Part shown: positions 36,103-44,475 of the stretch, in pieces
Position numbering within the stretch: position 1 is the stretch's first letter
How the letters are laid out: the number at the start of each line of letters is the position of its first letter
Assembly (NCBI GenBank): GCA_963818795.1
Contig: CAWFTK010000002.1
Location: 504,298-568,297, forward strand
Origin: an uncultured Solirubrobacterales bacterium
GTDB taxonomy: Bacteria > Actinomycetota > Thermoleophilia > Solirubrobacterales > Solirubrobacteraceae
Direction of reading: 5' to 3'
DNA: 64,000 nucleotides
Translations under genes and position numbers: made by a program
The notes under the pieces: generated by a model
Seen by the model: only the letters and a program-made list of their open reading frames with translations
What the model was told of the DNA's origin: nothing
Databases searched by the model: none

Positions 36103-36105
36103 TGG

Positions 36106-36966
36106 CTAGCGCGTGGTGTCGGGCGCCGCGGCCTGTTCGGCGCCGGTACGCGTCGTGAGCATCGCGCCGCGCCCGCCGCTGATCACGCGGCGCACAAGCC
36201 CCGGCACCAGCACGCGCGCGAGGGCGAAGAGCTCATATGCGCGCGGCACGTAGCGCTCCGGACGTCGGCCCAAGCCCACCTCGACGATCGCCTCCGCGGC
36301 GCGATCCGGCGTGGAGACCATCCACGACGTCCGCGCGCTCGCTGTCAGCTCGCTGGCGGGGAAGCCCTCGGTGGCGATGAAGCCGGGAAGCACCAAGCCG
36401 ACGTGCACGCCGTGCGCGAGCTCCTCCGCATAGAGCGCATCGCTCCAGCCGGCCAGCGCGAACTTGCTTGCCGAGTAGGCACCCGTACCCGGGCGCGTGA
36501 CGCGCGCGGCGGTACTCGCGACATTGACGATCGCGCTTGGCGCGCAGTCGCGCAGCAGCGGCAGTAGCGCCTCGGTCAGGCGCAGCACCGCGTCGAAATT
36601 GACCTCCATCGTGCGCCGCACATTGGCGTAGCCGCCCTCGGCGAACGTACCGCGCCAGGAGGCGCCGGCGTTGTTGACCAAGAGTGCGAGACGACCGTCG
36701 TAATGCTCGCGTAGATGCGCCAGCACACGCGCTGGAGCGTCCTCTTCGGTGAGATCCAGGGCGAGGATGCTGCAGGGGGCGGGCAGCGTGTCCGCAAGGC
36801 GGCGCAGGCGCTCCTCGCGGCGCGCGACGAGCACGAGTTGCGCGCCGGGCTCGGTCGCCAGCCGTCGTGCCGTGGCTTCGCCGATGCCGCTGGAGGCGCC
36901 CGTGACGAGCATGACCAGCGGTCGGTGAGCCGCGCCGTTGGAGTTGTGTTCCGATCCGCTAGACAT
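36106..36966 (-). CDS. short-chain dehydrogenase/reductase (SDR)
   Basis: TGASSGIG cofactor motif, NNAG, catalytic YSASK. ATG at 36966. Confidence 0.9.
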   Translation of the reverse strand: MSSGSEHNSNGAAHRPLVMLVTGASSGIGEATARRLATEPGAQLVLVARREERLRRLADTLPAPCSILALDLTEEDAPARVLAHLREHYDGRLALLVNNAGASWRGTFAEGGYANVRRTMEVNFDAVLRLTEALLPLLRDCAPSAIVNVASTAARVTRPGTGAYSASKFALAGWSDALYAEELAHGVHVGLVLPGFIATEGFPASELTASARTSWMVSTPDRAAEAIVEVGLGRRPERYVPRAYELFALARVLVPGLVRRVISGGRGAMLTTRTGAEQAAAPDTTR

Positions 36967-37001
36967 TCGAGTCGCACCCGGCGTGGGTGGGGCGCAGGGA
37001 G

Positions 37002-37367
37002 CTAGGCCTCGCGCAGCGCCGCGGCGCCCATCGTTGCCGCCGCTAGCGCCGTGCCCGTGACGAGCGTGCTCGTCAGCTTCGGCAGGTAGCCGCCGCGCCC
37101 CCCGGCAATCCCGGCGAACGCGTCTGCGAGGTCGCACGCCAGGCCGGCGATGAGCCACTGCCGTTGCGCCTCGCCCTCAGTGCTGAGTGCGCCCCACGCG
37201 AGCGCGAAGTCGCGCGCGCCGAAGAGCCGTCCGAGGTAGGGAGATTGCGGATTCGCGGCCGCGTCCAGCCCGAACAGCTTGCCGGCGACCCGCGGTGTCG
37301 CCCACGACCCGACGCCAATTACCATGCGCAGCCCCGCGAGGCCACCGACCGCGATCTTTCGATCCAT
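37002..37367 (-). CDS. small Gly/Ala-rich hydrophobic protein, family not recognised
   Basis: 121-aa ORF with hydrophobic segments, in the gap between annotated genes. Codon third positions are GC-rich like the neighbours. Confidence 0.45.
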   Translation of the reverse strand: MDRKIAVGGLAGLRMVIGVGSWATPRVAGKLFGLDAAANPQSPYLGRLFGARDFALAWGALSTEGEAQRQWLIAGLACDLADAFAGIAGGRGGYLPKLTSTLVTGTALAAATMGAAALREA

Positions 37368-37431
37368 GAACGCGACCTTACACTACGTCCCGATGGTTTG
37401 GTGCTTACGCGGGGCCGAGTAGGGTAGGTGC

Positions 37432-38517
37432 ATGGCTTCCTCCGGCTCGACAGCGCCTGCTGAGGGTTATCGCCTAACGGGCATCTCGCCGCGCGCCTTC
37501 CAGCATCCCGCCGATCGCGCCGCCTCGGCCGCCCTGAAAGCGATTCCCCACCTCGACAAGGTAGTGCGCAAGCTGATCGAGCTCGGCTACGAGCGCGCCC
37601 TGCGACAAAGCTACCTCGGCTCCTCGGTGCGACTTTCCGAGGAGCAGCTCGGCGCGGTCTGGCGCGAGCACGCCCTCGCCTACGCGACGCTCGACATGCA
37701 AGACGTCCCCGACCTCTATCTCACCCAGGTTCCATCTCCTAACGCGATGACGATCGGCGCGCGCAAACCGATCGTGGTCGTGCAGTCCGGTCTCGTACGG
37801 CTCCTCGACGCCGATCAGCGTCGTGCGGTGTTCGCCCACGAGGCCGCGCACGTGCTCGCCGATCATCAGCTCTACCGCACCGCGCTGCTGATCCTGATCG
37901 GGCTGACGCGTACCGCGCGCCTGCCGCTGCCACTCGCGCCGGTACGCACCGCGCTGCTGGAGTGGAGTCGCGCGACCGAGCTGAGCAGCGATCGCGCGGC
38001 GGCGCTGGTCGTGCGTGATCCCCTCGTCGTCTGCCGAACGTTGATGTCGCTGGCCGGTGGCGCAATGGTCGACGAGCTCGATCTCGACGTCTTCATGCGC
38101 CAGGGCCTCGACTACAACGAGAGCGGAGGCGGCCTCGAGCGCCTGACGCGGCTGATGCTCGACCTCGGAGTCACCCACCCCTTGCCGGTGCGCCGCGCGC
38201 ACGAGCTGATGGCGTGGGTGCGCTGCGGCGACTTCGACCGCATCGCCGCCGGCGAGTATCCCAAGCGCGAGGAGCCCGCCGACGCCCGCTCGGAGGGCGG
38301 CGAGGCCGTCTCCTTCTACGCCGAGCGTTTCCGCGAAGGTTTCCGCGACGCCGGCGAGTCGATCAACTCGATCGGCCAGCAGACTCGCGGGGTGGCTGCG
38401 GGGGCAGGGGCGTGGGGAGGACGAGGACGAGTCATCACCCGTCCCCCCGTCCTGAGCCTGTGCGTCCTAGCCCAATGGCCGGGCGAGCCACGCGGCGGGG
38501 GCAACTCGGGCCGTTAG
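37432..38517 (+). CDS. M48-family zinc metallopeptidase (the C-terminal end may be frameshifted)
   Basis: HEAAHVLADH (HExxH) and a downstream ELSSDRAAA block. Confidence 0.8.
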   Translation: MASSGSTAPAEGYRLTGISPRAFQHPADRAASAALKAIPHLDKVVRKLIELGYERALRQSYLGSSVRLSEEQLGAVWREHALAYATLDMQDVPDLYLTQVPSPNAMTIGARKPIVVVQSGLVRLLDADQRRAVFAHEAAHVLADHQLYRTALLILIGLTRTARLPLPLAPVRTALLEWSRATELSSDRAAALVVRDPLVVCRTLMSLAGGAMVDELDLDVFMRQGLDYNESGGGLERLTRLMLDLGVTHPLPVRRAHELMAWVRCGDFDRIAAGEYPKREEPADARSEGGEAVSFYAERFREGFRDAGESINSIGQQTRGVAAGAGAWGGRGRVITRPPVLSLCVLAQWPGEPRGGGNSGR

Positions 38518-38598
38518 CTCTTTCGCGTGACAGTGACAGCGCCTTGCATAGGGCGCTGGACCTCGTCGATTGTTCGACTCTGTCGCAGTTCTGGCGCC

Positions 38599-39294
38599 TC
38601 ACGCCTCCGGCGCCTGCGCGGACCCGCGCCGCAGATTGCCGACCAGCAGCCCGATCACGGTCACGAGATAGATCTGGCCGATTAGCATCTCGAGCACCGA
38701 GAGCGCGCGGCCCATGCCGAGTGCGGGCGTTAGATCCCCGTAGCCGGTCGTCGTGAGCGTCGTGAAGCTGAAGTAGATCTCCTGGCTCTGCGTCACCGCG
38801 GAGCTGGAGACCTGCTCGAAGTACTGATGGGGCGCGATACCGACGAGCACGCGGACTACGAGCGCGAACAGCAGGCCGATCAGCAGGTAGGTGGTCAGCG
38901 CCCCCGCGACAGCCTGCAGCGTGACGCCACGCTCGCGAACCAGGCGCACGATCCCGCGCGTCAGCACGATGAGCACTGCGAGCACGGCCGCGGCGCTCCC
39001 CGCAGCGCCGACCCACCCGGGAACGAGGGACTGCTGTACGAGCACGGCGAGGGCGACCAATGCGAGGAAGGCGAGCGCAGTAGTGGTGTTGCGCGTGGCG
39101 TGACTCTCACGGGAAGTCGCGATCACCGCGAGCAACATCGTGCTCTGCAGCAGCACCGCGACGCCGCGGCCGACGGGAGTGTCGGGCGCGAGGATCGAGA
39201 AGAGCACCGCGAGGATCGTCAGCCCGAGCACGACGCCGTAGCGATGCTCGAAAGGACGCGTGCTGTCCGCGGTTGGCGTGCTATCCGGCGCCAC
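38599..39294 (-). CDS. potassium channel protein (pore-loop, Ion_trans_2)
   Basis: Selectivity filter TTTGYGD in FSFTTLTTTGYGDLTP, with flanking TM helices. Confidence 0.85.
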   Translation of the reverse strand: MAPDSTPTADSTRPFEHRYGVVLGLTILAVLFSILAPDTPVGRGVAVLLQSTMLLAVIATSRESHATRNTTTALAFLALVALAVLVQQSLVPGWVGAAGSAAAVLAVLIVLTRGIVRLVRERGVTLQAVAGALTTYLLIGLLFALVVRVLVGIAPHQYFEQVSSSAVTQSQEIYFSFTTLTTTGYGDLTPALGMGRALSVLEMLIGQIYLVTVIGLLVGNLRRGSAQAPEA

Positions 39295-39327
39295 TGCGCA
39301 CAGGATGGCGCGGCGAGCGGCGGATGC

Positions 39328-40548
39328 TCAGGAACCCCACTTCCCGCGCCCGTAGCGCGCGAGCTCTAGGCGCGCGATCACGCCGCGATGGACCTCGTCG
39401 GGTCCGTCGGCCAAGCGCAGCGCGCGCGCGACGGTCCAAGCCGCGCCGAGCGGGAAGTCGTCGCTGAGACCGGCGCCGCCGTGCAGCTGCATCGCCATGT
39501 CCACCACGCGCTGGGCCATGTTCGGCACCGCGACCTTGATCTGGGAGACCGCACCGAGCATCTCGGGCGCCTGGCGATCGATCAGCCAGGCGGCGTGCAG
39601 GACGTGCAGACGCGCCTGGTCGATCGCGATCCGCGCGTCGGCGATCCGCTCGCGGTTGCCACCGAGATTGGCCAGCGGCTTGCCGAACGCCACGCGGTTG
39701 GTGGCGCGCCGGCAAGCGAGTTCCAGAGCGAGCTCGGCTAGCCCGATTAGCCGCATGCAGTGATGCACGCGGCCCGGCCCGAGACGGGCCTGCGCGATCG
39801 CGAAAGCCTGCCCGGCGCCGCCGATGATCGCGCTCGCCGGCAGGCGCACCTCGGTGAAGGAGACCTCGCCGTGCCCGCCCGGCGCGTCGAGGAAGCCCAT
39901 CGTGCTCAACATCCGCTCGATCTTCACCCCGGCGGCGTCGAGTGGCACCGCGACCATCGAATGGCGGTGATAGCGGTCGGCGTTGGGGTCGGTGAGCCCC
40001 ATGAAGATCGCAACGCGGCAGTTGGGGTGCCCGATGCCGGTGCTCCACCACTTGCGTCCGTTGAGCACGACTTCCTCGCCGTCGAGCCTCGCCGTGGCCT
40101 GCATGTTGGCGGCGTCCGAGGAGGCGACCTCGGACTCGGTCATGCAGAAAGCGGAGCGGATTTCGCCGGCGAGCAGCGGCTTCAGCCAACGCTCGTGTTG
40201 CTCCTCGGAGCCGAAGTGCAGCAGCACCTCCATGTTGCCGGTGTCGGGCGCATTGCAGTTGCAGACCTCGCTCGCGATCAGCGAGCGTCCCATGCGCTCG
40301 GCGAGCGGCGCGTACTCGACATTGGAGAGCCCCGCGCCGTGGCGCTCGTCGGGGAGGAAGAGATTCCATAGGCCCGCGGCCTGCGCCTTCGCCTTGAGCT
40401 CATCGATCACCGGCAGCACCACCCACGGGTTCTGGCCGCCGAGTAGCTCACGGTGGTAGGGCTCCTCGCGCGGCGTGATCTCCTGCGCGATGAAAGCGTC
40501 GAGGCGCTCAATCAGCTCGCGTGCGCGCGGCGTGTGCTCGAAATCCAT
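39328..40548 (-). CDS. acyl-CoA dehydrogenase
   Basis: 406 aa with the typical ACAD N/M/C layout (CMTESEVASSDA...GRKWWSTG..., C-terminal DGPDEVH). Confidence 0.9.
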   Translation of the reverse strand: MDFEHTPRARELIERLDAFIAQEITPREEPYHRELLGGQNPWVVLPVIDELKAKAQAAGLWNLFLPDERHGAGLSNVEYAPLAERMGRSLIASEVCNCNAPDTGNMEVLLHFGSEEQHERWLKPLLAGEIRSAFCMTESEVASSDAANMQATARLDGEEVVLNGRKWWSTGIGHPNCRVAIFMGLTDPNADRYHRHSMVAVPLDAAGVKIERMLSTMGFLDAPGGHGEVSFTEVRLPASAIIGGAGQAFAIAQARLGPGRVHHCMRLIGLAELALELACRRATNRVAFGKPLANLGGNRERIADARIAIDQARLHVLHAAWLIDRQAPEMLGAVSQIKVAVPNMAQRVVDMAMQLHGGAGLSDDFPLGAAWTVARALRLADGPDEVHRGVIARLELARYGRGKWGS

Positions 40549-41546
40549 CAGGCGCTCTGCACGTCGAGGACGACCTTGCCGGTCGCGCGTCGCTCGTCGA
40601 TCGCTTGCAGCGCCTCGGAGGCGCGCTCCAGCGGGAAGCGCTCGCCGACGAGCGGGCGCACGACGCCCTGCTCGATCATGCGCGCGAGCGCCTCGCCGAT
40701 CTCGCGGCAGAGCTGCGGGCGGGCCAGCGCGTAGGCGCCCCAGCCGGCGCCGACGACCTCGGTGTTGCCGAGCAGCAGGCGGTTGACTTTGACCTCGGGA
40801 ATCGACCCGCCGGTGAAGCCGACGACGACGAGGCGACCGTCCCCGCGCAGCGAGCGCAGGCTGTCCGTGAACCGCTCGCCGCCGACCGGGTCGAGCACGA
40901 CGTCCACGCCGCCGCCCGTGAGCTCCTTGGCCTCGTCCTTCCAGGGCCCGTCGAGGCGCAGTACCTCCTCCGCGCCCGCCTCGCGTGCGATCTGCGCCTT
41001 GGCGTCGCTGGAGACGACCGCGATCGGTCGCGCGCCGAGCCCCCGCGCGACCTGCAGCGCGGCGGTGCCCACGCCGCCGGCGGCGCCGTGGACGAGCACA
41101 CTCTCGCCCGCGCGTAGACGTCCGCGCAGCGCGAGCGCGAAGTAGGCGGTGTGGTAGTTGAGGATCAGCCCCGCGCCTTGGCCGAAGTCCAGCGCGTCGG
41201 GCAGGGCAAAGGTGAGGAAGGGGGGAGCGACGGCGCGCTCAGCGAAGGCGCCCAGGGCGCAGAACGCCGCGACGCGCTCACCGACGGCGACGCCGGCGTC
41301 CGGCGAGGCGCTGCGCACGACGCCGGCGACCTCGCTGCCGGGAATGAATGGCAGCGGCGGTTTGAGCTGATACTCGCCGCGCGTCTGCAGCAGCTCGGGG
41401 AACGAGACACCGGCGGCGTGGACGTCGATCAGGACGCCCTCCCCGGGAGTGAGCATGTGCTCCGGCGGTTCCGGCGGCTCGGGTGCGTCCACCAGCGCAA
41501 GCGCGCTGGTAGGTCCGCTGAGGTCGACGATCTGGATGGCTCTCAT
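40548..41546 (-). CDS. NADPH:quinone oxidoreductase / zinc-type MDR family oxidoreductase
   Basis: GSEVAGVV, VLVHGAAGGVGTAALQ (Rossmann), C-terminal GKVVL. The stop overlaps the ACAD start (TGATG). Confidence 0.9.
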   Translation of the reverse strand: MRAIQIVDLSGPTSALALVDAPEPPEPPEHMLTPGEGVLIDVHAAGVSFPELLQTRGEYQLKPPLPFIPGSEVAGVVRSASPDAGVAVGERVAAFCALGAFAERAVAPPFLTFALPDALDFGQGAGLILNYHTAYFALALRGRLRAGESVLVHGAAGGVGTAALQVARGLGARPIAVVSSDAKAQIAREAGAEEVLRLDGPWKDEAKELTGGGVDVVLDPVGGERFTDSLRSLRGDGRLVVVGFTGGSIPEVKVNRLLLGNTEVVGAGWGAYALARPQLCREIGEALARMIEQGVVRPLVGERFPLERASEALQAIDERRATGKVVLDVQSA

Positions 41547-41916
41547 GGGCAGTGTCGGCGCTACGGGGTCGGGGTGGCCGTGGCGCCGTGGGCGACATTC
41601 AACACGCTTTGGTGGGTCGCTGGGTCCGCGGCGAGCGTCTCAGCCGCTCACCTGCCCTCGCGTCGGTCGGAGACGTGCTTGGCGGGAAAGCACGGAGCAC
41701 ACACAGGAAAGCGCGCACAGTATTCGTCAAAATATTCGAACTCTGCCATACTTGTGAACCTCACTCAAAGGAGCTGTTAATTATCCGGGTGTGGAAACCG
41801 AATCGCTCATCCACCTACTTGAATTCACTGCAACTTCAGGAAGCGCGCTCAAATTCGGCTTGCCTCCGGGTCCAAATGGTCCGCGAAATAGCGAGCCGAT
41901 CAAGTTCTACACAGCC

Positions 41917-42711
41917 CTAGCGCCGGGGGCAGGCAACCGCGGCGTGCGCGCTCGCGCTGCTGCCGTCGTTGAATGCGAACCGCGCCGCGAACCGGAACCC
42001 GCCGCGCGGACAGACACGCGGCAGCAAGATGCCGCGCGGGTGATAGGGAATCGTGCGGCCCTTGCGGTATTCGTAGTAGATGATGTGACTGGGTCCGAGC
42101 GTGGTCGTGAGATGCACAAGGGCCGCGTCGGGTGCTTCGGGGACGCTAGGGACCAGCGGCAGCGTCGCGCTGAGATCCCCGCCGAAGGGGACCGCGGCCG
42201 GAAGGACGAGCCCGGGAAAGACGAGCTGCGCGGACACCGGGCTTTCGCCGTCCGCGTAGAAGAGCAGCCCGAGTCGCCCATGCTGGACGGGCGCCATGAA
42301 GGTCGTCGTGCGCGCGATCTCTTGGAGGGTCTCGGGGCCGAACGGCACCTCCACCGTACCCGAGCCATAGCCGATCACGGAGTTCGACGGGCAACCCGGT
42401 GGCCCCTCGGTTTCGAGGATTACGGCGCGGCACGTCGAGAGGCCGAGACCGCTCGTCGCGATGCCCAGGTTTGCGGGATAGAGCAAGTCGATCTCGCGGA
42501 TCGGGACGGGCTCGTGAGTGGCCTCGCCCGCGACCGTAAAGGCGAAGTGGATCGTGGTGCCAAATCCCAGTCGCTCCGGCGTCAACGCCGCGCTGAGCTG
42601 CACCGTCGGCGCCGAGCGGGCCGGCGTTGTCAGCCAGGTGCAACCGATGCAGATGGCCCCGAGCAGCGCCGTCACCAGGGCCGCCCGCATGGTCGATGCC
42701 GTGGACCTCAC
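41917..42711 (-). CDS. hypothetical secreted protein
   Basis: Signal-like MRAALVTALLGAICIGC (alternative ATG at 42690). Ordinary composition, no family recognised. Confidence 0.55.
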   Translation of the reverse strand: MRSTASTMRAALVTALLGAICIGCTWLTTPARSAPTVQLSAALTPERLGFGTTIHFAFTVAGEATHEPVPIREIDLLYPANLGIATSGLGLSTCRAVILETEGPPGCPSNSVIGYGSGTVEVPFGPETLQEIARTTTFMAPVQHGRLGLLFYADGESPVSAQLVFPGLVLPAAVPFGGDLSATLPLVPSVPEAPDAALVHLTTTLGPSHIIYYEYRKGRTIPYHPRGILLPRVCPRGGFRFAARFAFNDGSSASAHAAVACPRR

Positions 42712-42761
42712 TCGTCCAACGACGATACAACACGCGGGACGGGTCAGATGAATGTTTCTGA

Positions 42762-43604
42762 CTACTCCATTCGCGCCTGACGCGAGGTTCGCCCGCGCAT
42801 GCGATTGACGCGTCGGAGCTCCTGAACGTCCTCGTCGAGGTCAGCCGATCGGCTCCGAGCGTCCGCACCGAGCAGCTCGGGATCCAGGCGCCGGCGCACC
42901 AGCTCACCGGCGATCGCATCCACGCGCTGCGCGCCCGCTCCCGGCCGCGAGCTGACCACGCGCTCGAGTCGCTCCCCGGCGAACAGCAGCCCCACACCGT
43001 CGTCCAGCGCCCAGCCGCCGGGAAGCGCTCCGGAGCGCACAGCGGCGAGCCATACCGGCAGACGCTCGGGCTCGCCGTCCGCGTGAACCGTTAGCGAGCC
43101 CGCCAGCAACCCCAGCCCCTCTAGAGGTGCGGGTGGACCGCTGGAGCGCGTGACACCACCTTGGAACCAACACATCGCGCCGGCGCTCAGGCCAGCGAGC
43201 ACAGTGCCCCCTCGCCAGACTTCGACCAGCATCGTGTCGAGCTCGTGCGCGCGCCAGATCGCGAGCAGGTTGCGCATCGAGCCACCGCCGGCGTAGATGA
43301 TGTCCTGCTCGCCGAGGATCTCCGCCAGCGGGCGCTCGACCTCGGCCAAGCGAAATAGCGAAAGGTGCTCGGGCACGCATCCGCGCCCGGCGAAGCGTGC
43401 GTAGAAGGCGTTGATCTGTCCGGTCGTGTCGCCCGCCGCCGTCGGCAGGAAGAGGATCCGCGGACATGGTGCGCGCGCGAGCGAAAGCACGTAATCATCG
43501 AGCAGCGGGTTCGTCGGCTCCATCGTGAAGCCACCGCCGCCCATCGCGAAGATCCGGCGGTCACACAATGCTGCGGCAGTGGGGGAGCTCACGCCGCCGC
43601 GCAT
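42762..43604 (-). CDS. S51 peptidase (dipeptidase E / type-1 glutamine amidotransferase-like), paralog 1
   Basis: MGGGGF...LFLPTA.GD...IYAGGGSMRNLL..W...GLSAGAMCWF, an S51 signature. Confidence 0.8.
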   Translation of the reverse strand: MRGGVSSPTAAALCDRRIFAMGGGGFTMEPTNPLLDDYVLSLARAPCPRILFLPTAAGDTTGQINAFYARFAGRGCVPEHLSLFRLAEVERPLAEILGEQDIIYAGGGSMRNLLAIWRAHELDTMLVEVWRGGTVLAGLSAGAMCWFQGGVTRSSGPPAPLEGLGLLAGSLTVHADGEPERLPVWLAAVRSGALPGGWALDDGVGLLFAGERLERVVSSRPGAGAQRVDAIAGELVRRRLDPELLGADARSRSADLDEDVQELRRVNRMRGRTSRQARME

Positions 43605-44350
43605 TCGGCACTCGCCGTCGCGCCTGTCGGATCGGCGCCGAGATAGGCCGCCTGGAGCGGAATCTCCACGACGCCGCCGGCACCCGGCTCCACCCGGAAG
43701 GCACGACCACCGCGACGCGAGCTGACCACCCGCTCCAAGTGCGTGCCACAGAAGTGCAGGCCCACGCCGTCCTCCGCGGCGAACCCCGGGCGCATCCCGT
43801 CACCGACGAAGCGGTGGTATTCCGCGCGTCGCTCCGGCTCCGCGTCGTAGTGCACGCAGTTGGAGTACGGCAGCAGCCCCAGCCCGCGCACGCGCTGGCA
43901 GGAGCCGTGGAACGCACTCAGCGCATCGTGAAACCAGCACAGCGAGCCCGCCGAGGGCCCGCACAGCACAATGCCGCGCTGCCACGCGCGCTGTAGCACG
44001 CCGTCCAGGCCGTGAGCGCGCCACGCACCGAGCATGCTCACGACATTGCCGCCGCCGACATAGATCACGTCCTGGGCGAGCAGATGCGCCGCGAGGTTCT
44101 CCTCGACGCCGCCCGTGCCCTGGTCACGACGAAAAAGCGAGACGTGGCTCGCCTCGCAGCTGGCCGAGAAGCGGCGGTAAAAGCGCACCACGTAGTGATC
44201 GGCGTCGCCCGAGGCGGTCGGCAGGAAGCACACGTGGGGCCGCGCGCGCCCAGTTAGCGAGAGCACGTAGTCGTCGAGCATCGGGTTCTCGCGCTCCATC
44301 GAGAAGCCTCCTCCGCCGAGGGCGACGATCTGGGGAGTGGGTGGCTGCAT
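43589..44350 (-). CDS. S51 peptidase, paralog 2
   Basis: LGGGGF...CFLPTASGD...IYVGGGNVVSML..W...GPSAGSLCWF. ATG at 44350; the 3' end overlaps the paralog 1 start by 16 nt. Confidence 0.8.
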   Translation of the reverse strand: MQPPTPQIVALGGGGFSMERENPMLDDYVLSLTGRARPHVCFLPTASGDADHYVVRFYRRFSASCEASHVSLFRRDQGTGGVEENLAAHLLAQDVIYVGGGNVVSMLGAWRAHGLDGVLQRAWQRGIVLCGPSAGSLCWFHDALSAFHGSCQRVRGLGLLPYSNCVHYDAEPERRAEYHRFVGDGMRPGFAAEDGVGLHFCGTHLERVVSSRRGGRAFRVEPGAGGVVEIPLQAAYLGADPTGATASAECAAA

Positions 44351-44475
44351 GGCTCGGTGGCGGTGACGATGAATCGACCACCTGCAGCTTCGTCGAGCAC
44401 ACGCCGAGGCTGTATGGCCCGTCGTCGGAGATTCGCGCCCGCGCGCCTGGACATTCGCCGCAGGAGCAGCGGACT

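Noticed and set aside
41730-41745. TTCGAAC in the AT-rich island, checked as a possible tRNA T-loop. All intergenic gaps were scanned by eye for tRNA-like structure.
   Set aside because: There is no GGTTCGAATCC-type T-arm, no acceptor-stem complementarity and no anticodon arm. I could not support any tRNA in the window.
41791-42780. 329-aa plus-strand ORF that begins in the AT-rich island downstream of an AAAGGAG sequence.
   Set aside because: The SD-like motif is 17 nt from the GTG, which is too far. After about 45 ordinary-looking residues the ORF turns into Arg-rich antisense of the 41917-42711 gene, which has a signal peptide and normal composition.
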